DNA from: Acidimicrobiia bacterium
GTDB lineage: Bacteria > Actinomycetota > Acidimicrobiia > Spongiisociales > UBA5794
Length of the DNA stretch: 64,000 nucleotides
Reading direction: 5' to 3'
Assembly (NCBI GenBank): GCA_030065575.1
Contig: JASJDZ010000024.1
Location: 1,717 to 65,716 of the forward strand
A program made the position numbers and the translations under genes. Within the stretch, counting starts at the first letter, position 1. Each line of letters starts with the position of its first letter. Positions 57,188-64,000 of this stretch are shown piece by piece. Under the pieces are notes generated by a model. It made no database searches. It saw only the letters and a program-made list of their open reading frames with translations, and was not told the DNA's origin.

Positions 57188-59566
57188 GTGAGTTGGAGCG
57201 CAGACCCAGAGCTTCTTCAGATGTTCCTCGATGAGATCAATGAGCGCTCCGCGCGACTCATCGAGGGCGGCCAAGCTATGAAGGCCGGCAACGTCGATGA
57301 CGAGATGGCCGGAGTGATGCTGCGCGAGGGCCATACCATCAAAGGCACGGCGCGGGTGATGGGATTCGAGGCAATTTCCGACGCCGGCAAGATGATCGAG
57401 GATCTGTGGCGCGGTGTGAAATCCGGCGAGATCGAGCCGTACCCCAATCTGGGACGCAGTCTGGTGACCCTGTGCGAGACGCTCGAACCGGCAACTCAGG
57501 CCGACCCCGACACGGGTAGCCCAGACATGATCGAGGCAATGGAGAAGCTCAATCGTGCCACCGGCTACATGCTCGGTGCCGAAGCTGCAGCAGGTGGTGG
57601 TGCGCCGGATTCCTCTTCACCGCCGGCCGCCGAACCGGCCCCTGATGGCGACCTCGCCGACGTCGTCCAACTGCCGGGAACGGTGGGAGTAGATGACGCG
57701 CCTTCCTCCGAGCCGGAGTCGCCGGCACCGGAGCCGGCCGCCGAACCGCCTCCCCAGCCCGAAACCGCCGAAACACCGCCAGCGGCTCCCGAGCCCGAAG
57801 CCGAGCCTGCAGTCAGGGCGGAGGCTCCAGCTCCGCCCCCAGTAGTCGCTCCGTCCACTGCACCTGAGCCAAGCCCAACTGTTGCGCCCGTTGAGCGTGC
57901 TCCCCAACCGCGATCGGTGCCCCTCGACTCTACGCCGCGCCAGGAGCTCATCGGCTCCGTGCCGGGTGATGACCCTGAGATGTACGGGCCGGACCTGGGA
58001 GGTCTGCTCGGTGCCCTCGAGAACTGGGCGTCGGGACAAACCATCCAGGTCAGCGCCGGTCGTCTCTATCGCCTCATCAACTACGTAGCCAGCATGCGCG
58101 TCGAGCTCGACAGCATGCTCGGCGAGATGCGATATGCGCCGAAGGTCACCATCGAAATGGTCGAGCGAATGACCGACCTGGTGCGCGCCACCTCGGCGCT
58201 GGAGATGAACGCCATGGAGCTTGGCGCGGTTCCGGTGCGCCAGATGACGAATACGCTGCCGCAGCTAGTGCGCTACCTCGCCAAGAAACTCGGCAAGGAG
58301 GTCCGCTTTGAGATCGCTGCGGCCGATGACCTGGACATCGACCGACAGGTGCTCGACAAGATCTCCGATCCCGTGCGCCAGCTCATTGTCAACGCCATCA
58401 ACCACGGCATCGAGCTGCCGGCACAGCGGGAAGCAGCCGGCAAGCCGTCCACCGGGGTCATATCCGTGTCGCTGGCTCGACACGGAGGCAGTTTTGATGT
58501 CGTTGTGCGAGATGACGGCGCGGGTATCGACTATCAGTCCGTGCACCAGCTTGCGGTTTCGCAGGGTCTGATCGACCCCGACTCGCCGCTCGATGTCGAC
58601 ACGCTCCGCCCGATTCTGTTCTTCCCCGGATTCACCACCAAGGCCGGTGACGAGCTCAACAGCGTGGGTGCGGGCCTGTCGAACGTGGCCGACGCCGTCG
58701 AGTCTCTCTACGGACGGATCCGCATCGATTCTGAGGCCGGGATAGGCACAACCGTCACCCTTGTTGTTCCAACGGTGCGCGATTTGCAGCGGGTACTGAT
58801 TGTCGATTCGGGTGGCACGAGATGGGGTATCCCCGAGGCGGTCATCGATGCCATGATCCCGATCGAGGACGCCAAGATGACAACAACAGGGGATCGGCAG
58901 ACCCTCTTGCTGGACGGCTCAGAGCTACCGACGGCGCCAATCGCCAATGTCGTTGGCGCGACCGACGGTCGCCCGCCGGTTCAGGTCGTAGCTCTGTCTC
59001 ACCGTGCGGGCAAGGCGGCGGTAATCGTCAACGAGGTGCTCGGTATCCGCGAGGTAGCGGCGAAGGAGCTCGGCCCCGTAGTTGCAGGCCCATCGCACAT
59101 CACCGGTGCTGCGCTGATGGGTGGCGGAGAAGTGGTGCTCGTACTCGACGCTGGGGCAGTGGTTCAGCTGTGCCAGGCGGTTCCGAAGCCGGTAGCGCCT
59201 CGCTCCCGGATCCTTGTTGTTGACGACTCGCAGGGTGCCCGTGCCGTCATCGCCGGTTCGCTGGCGTCGAGCGGTTTCAGCACCAGCGTCGCGGAGAGCG
59301 GTTTTGAAGCGCTCGAGGTGCTCAACGAGCAGCACATTGATGCGCTTGTCGTCGACTTCTCGATGCCGGCGCAAGACGGTGTCGAATTGGTGCGCAAGGT
59401 CCGGCAGACGGGCAACCAACTGCCCATTGTGATGCTGTCGGGTGTCGCCAAGACCGAGGATCAACAGCGTGCGATCGAAGCTGGGGTCAATGCCTTCTTC
59501 GAGAAGGCCGACTTCCGCGAAGGTGCTCTGGCCGCCCAGCTGCGGGAGCTGCTCGGTACTTCGTAG
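57188..59566 (+). CDS. CheA-like hybrid histidine kinase (Hpt - P/A-rich linker - HATPase - CheW-like - REC)
   Basis: Hpt motif REGHTIKGTARVMG; N-box VNAINHGIE; DDGAGID; CheW-like RVLIVDSGGTRWGIP; REC ILVVDDSQ...VVDFSMP...K. Confidence 0.85.
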   Translation: MSWSADPELLQMFLDEINERSARLIEGGQAMKAGNVDDEMAGVMLREGHTIKGTARVMGFEAISDAGKMIEDLWRGVKSGEIEPYPNLGRSLVTLCETLEPATQADPDTGSPDMIEAMEKLNRATGYMLGAEAAAGGGAPDSSSPPAAEPAPDGDLADVVQLPGTVGVDDAPSSEPESPAPEPAAEPPPQPETAETPPAAPEPEAEPAVRAEAPAPPPVVAPSTAPEPSPTVAPVERAPQPRSVPLDSTPRQELIGSVPGDDPEMYGPDLGGLLGALENWASGQTIQVSAGRLYRLINYVASMRVELDSMLGEMRYAPKVTIEMVERMTDLVRATSALEMNAMELGAVPVRQMTNTLPQLVRYLAKKLGKEVRFEIAAADDLDIDRQVLDKISDPVRQLIVNAINHGIELPAQREAAGKPSTGVISVSLARHGGSFDVVVRDDGAGIDYQSVHQLAVSQGLIDPDSPLDVDTLRPILFFPGFTTKAGDELNSVGAGLSNVADAVESLYGRIRIDSEAGIGTTVTLVVPTVRDLQRVLIVDSGGTRWGIPEAVIDAMIPIEDAKMTTTGDRQTLLLDGSELPTAPIANVVGATDGRPPVQVVALSHRAGKAAVIVNEVLGIREVAAKELGPVVAGPSHITGAALMGGGEVVLVLDAGAVVQLCQAVPKPVAPRSRILVVDDSQGARAVIAGSLASSGFSTSVAESGFEALEVLNEQHIDALVVDFSMPAQDGVELVRKVRQTGNQLPIVMLSGVAKTEDQQRAIEAGVNAFFEKADFREGALAAQLRELLGTS

Positions 59567-59605
59567 GACAGGCCATTTCAACCCGCACCGGCCGGTTTTT
59601 CACCG

Positions 59606-59651
59606 TTTTGGCGTAGACCTGGTTCATATGTGAAGCCTAGATACGCCAGAA
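59606..59651 (+). repeat. REP-like palindrome, family 1 (TTTTGGCGTAG...TACGCCAGAA)
   Basis: Outer stem with one U-G pair on the + strand; central CATATG; lies between convergent cheA-like and HNH genes. Confidence 0.7.
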
Positions 59652-59740
59652 CCAAGGGGACGATGCGGTCGGTAGGCGCGCAAGAATGACCGCGGTCAGC
59701 GGCGTTGCACGGTATTTGCCCCAACCTTGCCTGAGTTCGG

Positions 59741-60865
59741 TCAGCCACCCACTAGATCCGGCGCCCGTGCCCGGGCCCTGACGAACAGCCGCTTCTGCGG
59801 TGGGGATTCCGGGTCGATGCGCAGCCCCATGCCGTGAATGACGACGTGATGATGGAACCAGCACAGCGTCGTCAGATTCTCCGGGTCGTGACTGCCTCCG
59901 TCGGAACGAGGCGTGACGTGATGTGGCTGCAGCCGGTAGCGGCTGTTGCAGCCGGAGATTGTGCAACTGCCGTCCCGCCACGCAACGAACCGGCGGGTTG
60001 CAGGAGGAATCGAGCGGGTAGCGGGGGAGTGGATCACGGGCCTGCCCCGCTCGAGCCCGACGATCTGAACCCGGCCGACACAGAGGATCCTCTCCAAGGT
60101 TCGTGGCCCGACCCGATGCCCGTAGGCAATCTCAGCACCGGCCTCGCCCTTCGTTGGCCCGGCCAGGGAAGCATCTACGAGCACGGTCGCGACTGGTTCG
60201 GACCGAGTACTCGACCCGGCCGGCTCATATCCGTCGAGTGAATCCTGTGCGATGGAAACTGCGGCATCGGCCATCCTCTGCCACTTGGCGATCGCCGGGC
60301 CGGGGAGATCGTTGAACATGTCAGCTCGCTGCTCGAGTGCCTTGGTGAGGATGCGGTGCTCAAACCCGGGCAGTTCCACGACCGTGCGCCCGCCGGAGCC
60401 GTCAAAGGTGTCTTGGATGAAGAGGCGGCGGTCGCTGAAAAGGTCGGTCTCGTCCAAAGCTGTGATGTTCCGCTGGCGATGGCGGAGACGGGCGACGCCG
60501 CTGATGTCATATCCGAAAGAGCGTTCCAGTGTGTCCTCATCCGCTCCTGAGTTGGCGAGGCGCGAGGTAGCGACGATTCGGTCAAACGCGTAGCTGCCTT
60601 CCTCGGCTGCTTTCTGGAGCTCTGGACGGTCGGGCAGGCAGCGAGCAGCGTGGACGAGATCGCGGGCGGTGGTGTCGGAGACATCCAGCCGGGCCCGCAC
60701 CCACTCCTGCAGCGACCGGGCCCCATCAACCATCCGAACCTGTCGGCGATCCAGCTCCCGCAGGCTCTCTGCCTGGCGGGCTCGGAGCCTGGTGACCAAC
60801 AACTCACATGCCAGAACATCCTGTTCCAGCTGGTCGGTTGTGGTGTCGAAGTCGGTATCCAACAT
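59741..60865 (-). CDS. DUF222/HNH endonuclease family protein
   Basis: 374 aa; N-terminal DUF222-like region; C-terminal C.I.GC......HH......GG.......L..LC..HH HNH motif. Confidence 0.85.
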   Translation of the reverse strand: MLDTDFDTTTDQLEQDVLACELLVTRLRARQAESLRELDRRQVRMVDGARSLQEWVRARLDVSDTTARDLVHAARCLPDRPELQKAAEEGSYAFDRIVATSRLANSGADEDTLERSFGYDISGVARLRHRQRNITALDETDLFSDRRLFIQDTFDGSGGRTVVELPGFEHRILTKALEQRADMFNDLPGPAIAKWQRMADAAVSIAQDSLDGYEPAGSSTRSEPVATVLVDASLAGPTKGEAGAEIAYGHRVGPRTLERILCVGRVQIVGLERGRPVIHSPATRSIPPATRRFVAWRDGSCTISGCNSRYRLQPHHVTPRSDGGSHDPENLTTLCWFHHHVVIHGMGLRIDPESPPQKRLFVRARARAPDLVGG

Positions 60866-60920
60866 GCCGACAACGTATCAACCGGGTGTGACAAGAAACC
60901 CCTGGCTACGATCGGCCCGG

Positions 60921-61355
60921 ATGGATAGTTGGAGCCAAGTTGTCGAACACGCTCGCCGCCTCGGGCCGGACTGTTTCATGGCCACCGTTCGACCCGATGG
61001 CCAGCCCCATCTTGCCGTCGTGTCCCCTGGCTTCACCGATGACTCGCTTGTCGTTGCGACGTGGGAGACATCTGTCAAGGCCCGCAACCTGCGTGCCGGA
61101 AGCGGCGTCATGTTCCACTGGGTCGTAAGGGAGGAAACCGGCAACGACATGCTGTTGGCTCGCGGGAGACCCGGCCTTGTCGATGGCGGTCGTCGCAGGC
61201 TGGAGCTTTGGGAGCGTGACTGCCTGCCTTACGACCCGAGTGACTGGTACGACGGACCTGATGACCCCCGGTTGCTCTGGATCGAGGTGAAGCCGACCTA
61301 TGCGTCCCTCCAGCGCAACCTCGGTCAGGACGGCACCTCGGTCTGGCGCGCATGA
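60921..61355 (+). CDS. PNPOx-like (split-barrel flavin-binding) family protein
   Basis: 144 aa; CFMATVRPDGQPHLAVV...ARNLRAGSGV pattern resembling pyridoxamine-5'-phosphate-oxidase-family proteins; start chosen at ATG 60921. Confidence 0.5.
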   Translation: MDSWSQVVEHARRLGPDCFMATVRPDGQPHLAVVSPGFTDDSLVVATWETSVKARNLRAGSGVMFHWVVREETGNDMLLARGRPGLVDGGRRRLELWERDCLPYDPSDWYDGPDDPRLLWIEVKPTYASLQRNLGQDGTSVWRA

Positions 61356-61804
61356 GTTCCGGACCGCGACTGATCATCGTCTGCGGGCTACCCGGATCGG
61401 GAAAGACCACCCACGCTGAGCAGCTCGCTGCGCTTCATGGTGGCTTCCGGCTCTCGGCAGACGATTGGATGGGAGTTCTCGACATCAACCTGTGGGACGG
61501 GGATGCCCGGGATCGGATCGAACGCCTGCAATGGGAGCTTGCCCAGGATCTACTGCGGCGTGGCCAGACCGTGATCATCGAGTGGGGGACGTGGGGGCGA
61601 TCGGAACGCGATGCCCTGCGGGAGGGAGCCAGAGCCCTGGGTGCCGCCGTCGAACTGCACTACCTCGATGAACCAATCGAGGTTCTGTGGGAACGGGTCC
61701 GAGACCGAGGTCTGGAAGACCCGCCGATGACGCGAGAACAACTCGAGTCCTACGCCGATACCATCGATGTGCCGACCGACGAAGAGCTGGCACTGTACGA
61801 CTAA
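61352..61804 (+). CDS. P-loop kinase-like ATP-binding protein (AAA_33-like)
   Basis: 150 aa; Walker A GLPGSGKTT; ATGA overlap with the upstream gene. Confidence 0.7.
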   Translation: MSSGPRLIIVCGLPGSGKTTHAEQLAALHGGFRLSADDWMGVLDINLWDGDARDRIERLQWELAQDLLRRGQTVIIEWGTWGRSERDALREGARALGAAVELHYLDEPIEVLWERVRDRGLEDPPMTREQLESYADTIDVPTDEELALYD

Positions 61805-61835
61805 CCCTGACCTTCGGTGCCTTCGGCACACCCCG

Positions 61836-61877
61836 GGTTCCGTTGCATGGAACTCGACGGCGATTGCATCGCCCCCC
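61836..61877. repeat. family-2 REP-like unit flanking the IS (left side)
   Basis: GGTTCC-gttgcat-GGAACTC gac GGCGATTGCATCGCC CCCC. Confidence 0.7.
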
Positions 61878-62150
61878 TTATCTGAGTGGTGGCGCGTGTG
61901 TCAATGGGTGTGTGCTGTTGTTTTCCTTTTTGGTTGTTGGGACGTGTCGGTGTCCGGCCTTATCTGGGTGCGCGAACTGGGTGGGTTCGGCGACATGATG
62001 TTGGTGGGGTCCCCGTTTCGGGTGCGGCCGTTCGATCTACCAGGGTGCTCCGCAGTTGGGGTGCGGGCAACAGGGGGGTTGCGGGAACCGGCCGCGTGAC
62101 TATCGGCGATGTTCGGATGCGTGACACGTCATAGCTTTCGGGTTTAGTTG
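61878..62150 (-). ncRNA. candidate bridge (guide) RNA region in the transposase-distal non-coding arm
   Basis: The 273-nt non-coding arm holds an internal copy of the IS end (61958-61970 vs 61876-61888, 12/13). It also holds the reverse complement of the junction/target (62050-61 vs 63335-46, 11/12). Confidence 0.35.
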
Positions 62151-63176
62151 TTAGTTGGGTGGGATCTCGGTCCAGGCGTCGTCGCCGAGACGCTGCAGGA
62201 TGTGGTGGATACGTCGGGTGTGTTTGCGGGCCACGGAGAGCGCGGCGCGTGAGGCGCCGATTCGGCGGCGGGCCGCTCGGTAGTACTGGTGGTCGGGGGA
62301 TTGACGTTTAGAGGCATGTTGGGCGGCTTCGACTAGGGCCCAGCGCAGTGTGGGTGAGCCTTGGCGGGCGAGTTTGCCGGGTGGGCCGTGCCCGTCGGAG
62401 TCGTTGACGGTGATGTCGAGTCCGGTGAACCGCACCGCTTGTTTCGAGGACGTGAACCGGCGGGTGTCGCCGATCTCGGCCCAGATGATGGTGGCCAGCA
62501 ACGGTCCGATCCCCCACAGGGTCTGGAGGGCGATGCAGCCTGGTTGGTGTCGCCCGATACGTTTCAGGTCGCCACGGAGTGTCTCGATACGGCGGGTGAG
62601 GTCGTCAACGATCCCGATTGCTTCGGTCACGTAGCGGTGTCCTGCCTCCGATAGGTCCGCGGCGGCGAGGAGCTGATGCCCCTCGTCACTTGTCAGCGCC
62701 GAGATTGATGGTGCACCTTGGTGGAATAGTTGCGCGTGGATGCGTTGGAGCCAGCTGCGCCGTGTTGTCATCAACTGGTGGTATAACCGTGCCAAGGTCC
62801 GTACCTCGAGCACATGGGACGGCGGGATCCACGATTCCGGGATCCGGTTCTCCATCAGCAGCAATCGCAGATGCGCCGCATCGGCTCGATCCGTTTTGGC
62901 GCGTTTCTTCGGACTCTTCAACCACGCCGTCTCTGCCGGCTCCGCGACATGCGCTTCGATCCCGGCCGCGGCGAGCTCTTCAACCACGTACCGCCATCCG
63001 GTGCAGCCTTCCACTGCGAATGCCACGTTGTCGTCGCTGTCAAAGCATGCCAGCCAGGCCCTCAACTCGGCTCGCGTCCCTCCAATCCGGCCCCGCGTCA
63101 ACTCACCCGTGGCCGTATCCGCATACTCGAATGTGTTCTGAGCACGATGCACATCCAATGCTCCTACGATGGACAT
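62151..63176 (-). CDS. IS110-family transposase/recombinase
   Basis: N-terminal VGALDVHRAQ (DEDD RuvC-like) and C-terminal LQTLWGIGPLLATIIWAEIGDTRRF (Transposase_20 HhH); ATG 63176 preceded by GGGGAGG. Confidence 0.9.
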   Translation of the reverse strand: MSIVGALDVHRAQNTFEYADTATGELTRGRIGGTRAELRAWLACFDSDDNVAFAVEGCTGWRYVVEELAAAGIEAHVAEPAETAWLKSPKKRAKTDRADAAHLRLLLMENRIPESWIPPSHVLEVRTLARLYHQLMTTRRSWLQRIHAQLFHQGAPSISALTSDEGHQLLAAADLSEAGHRYVTEAIGIVDDLTRRIETLRGDLKRIGRHQPGCIALQTLWGIGPLLATIIWAEIGDTRRFTSSKQAVRFTGLDITVNDSDGHGPPGKLARQGSPTLRWALVEAAQHASKRQSPDHQYYRAARRRIGASRAALSVARKHTRRIHHILQRLGDDAWTEIPPN

Positions 63177-63348
63177 CGAGACCTCCCCTCGATAGCTCCG
63201 CCCCAACACTGGGGCCACTCACACAGAATTGTGTCTGAGCCGAGAGGAGGTCTCACTCATCACATCTACCCCCGCACTTCGTGCGGCGGTACTTTGCCCC
63301 CGCTGCGCGGGGGGACTGACAATCCGGTACCTTCCCCCCACTGCGGCA

Positions 63349-63406
63349 GAGTTCCATCGCATGGAACTCCAAGCTGCCCGCAGGGCAGCCGCTGTTTGCA
63401 TCAGCC
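63349..63406. repeat. family-2 REP-like unit flanking the IS (right side), with extra internal hairpin
   Basis: GAGTTCC-atcgca-TGGAACTC caa GCTGCCC-gca-GGGCAGC c GCTGTTTGCATCAGC. Confidence 0.7.
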
Positions 63407-63424
63407 GGGGATTGACACCTTGGC

Positions 63425-63619
63425 CTAGCTCTCCGGGACGATACGACCGCGGAGGCGGGGGAACTTGGTCGGGGCGTGGGCGTAGCAATACTCACGCTTG
63501 TTGTATCGCGAGAGCGTGGTGTCGCAATCTCGCTTGGCGCAGGTACGTAACTCGTCGGTCGCTTTGGGCGGCCGGGCAGTACCCAGAATCCTCTTACCTT
63601 TGAGTGTGCTGTCAGACAT
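63425..63619 (-). CDS. small conserved-looking CCCH zinc-ribbon-like protein (function unknown)
   Basis: 64 aa; C-x5-C-x13-C-x2-H spacing (RTCAKRDCDTTLSRYNKREYCYAH); AAGGA Shine-Dalgarno about 10 nt upstream. Confidence 0.5.
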   Translation of the reverse strand: MSDSTLKGKRILGTARPPKATDELRTCAKRDCDTTLSRYNKREYCYAHAPTKFPRLRGRIVPES

Positions 63620-63674
63620 CTTGTGCGATTCCTTTTCTCAGTCCGCGTCCCCACGAACCGGTGAACACAGCCGG

Positions 63675-63923
63675 TCAGTTTTCCTGGCCGCCGGCTGCCT
63701 CTTGCTCTATAAACGCACGGATACGGTCTAAAAGTTCCTGCGGTGGTTCATCTCGACCGCACTCTTTGATCCGTTCTTTCAGGCGAGACTCGAAATCAAA
63801 CGCATCCATGCAGGGACCACATCTGCGCAAATGCCATCGAACCCTGAGGCGGCGTGACCAAGTGAGTTCCTCGTCGATGTACTGGTAGAGGTAGTCAACC
63901 GCGTTGGCGCATTCGGCTTTCAT
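63675..63923 (-). CDS. rsrA: zinc-binding anti-sigma factor (ZAS; RsrA/RshA-like)
   Basis: 82 aa; HLRRCGPC (H-x3-C-x2-C) ZAS motif; ATGA overlap with the upstream sigma-factor stop. Confidence 0.8.
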   Translation of the reverse strand: MKAECANAVDYLYQYIDEELTWSRRLRVRWHLRRCGPCMDAFDFESRLKERIKECGRDEPPQELLDRIRAFIEQEAAGGQEN

Positions 63924-64000
63924 TGGCTCGGTCCCGTGAGTCCGCGTTGTTCAGCTAAAGACCACAACTTCTTTTGCAGCGCTTTTCTTCCCCGGTGCAG
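63920..64000 (-). CDS. ECF sigma factor, C-terminal fragment (SigH/SigR-like; 5' end outside window)
   Basis: The minus-strand frame reads LHRGRKALQKKLWSLAEQRGLTGPSQ*, the region-4 end typical of SigH/SigR; translationally coupled to the ZAS anti-sigma gene. Confidence 0.65.
   Translation of the reverse strand: MHRGRKALQKKLWSLAEQRGLTGPSQ

Larger units (their letters stand above)
61878..63339 (-). mobile_element. IS110-family insertion sequence (about 1.46 kb; ends inferred)
   Basis: Single DEDD-type transposase with no terminal inverted repeats; a C6 run at both junctions. With the element removed, the flanks rebuild a family-2 tandem like the uninterrupted locus at 34972-35044. Confidence 0.65.

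Noticed and set aside
61805-62150. tRNA or other classical RNA gene as the IS110 target
   Set aside because: No cloverleaf-compatible sequence (no GTTCGAATC-like T-loop, no acceptor pairing) was seen here or in any other intergenic region of the window.
63177-63339. Bridge RNA located in the recombinase-proximal (5') arm
   Set aside because: This 163-nt arm has several small hairpins, and CCCCCGCTGCGCGG vaguely resembles the junction. However, the clearer copies of the end and the junction are in the distal arm. The arm is not excluded, only less well supported.

Overview
GC-rich (not computed) bacterial chromosome segment. Gene order looks Actinomycetota-like; that is inferred from synteny and family content, not from any search. 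The first ~27 kb are almost entirely on the + strand and form a housekeeping backbone: adk-map / infA-rpmJ-rpsM-rpsK-rpsD-rpoA-rplQ / truA-rplM-rpsI-glmM / glmS ribozyme-glmS / acpS-nnr-alr / tsaE-tsaB-rimI-tsaD / groES-groEL, with small inserts between blocks. The rest is mixed. It holds an S9 peptidase-aromatic amino acid decarboxylase operon, cimA, a Tat-exported Phs/Psr-like molybdoenzyme operon with a double-rhodanese lipoprotein, and trpS. It also holds an ABC-2/two-component module, a hoxEFUYH-W NAD-linked [NiFe] hydrogenase operon, glpD, guaB3-guaA and an orphan CheA-like hybrid kinase. The right end is a small accessory islet (DUF222 HNH nuclease, PNPOx-like + P-loop kinase pair, IS110-family element) followed by the end of a sigH/rsrA-type locus. 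The most interesting signals are non-coding. (1) A glmS ribozyme. (2) Two short leader-peptide attenuators: MTLSNSWWWSRR before trpS and MNSNVIIIT before cimA. (3) Tandem CIRCE operators before groES. (4) A triple tandem two-hairpin repeat in the groEL 3' region. (5) Two dispersed families of REP-like palindromes. (6) An IS110-family element inserted into one such repeat cluster, whose non-coding arm carries internal copies of its own end and of the insertion junction, as expected for bridge-RNA guides. No tRNA, rRNA or CRISPR array was seen. All protein calls rest on motif recognition in the supplied translations; no database search was run.
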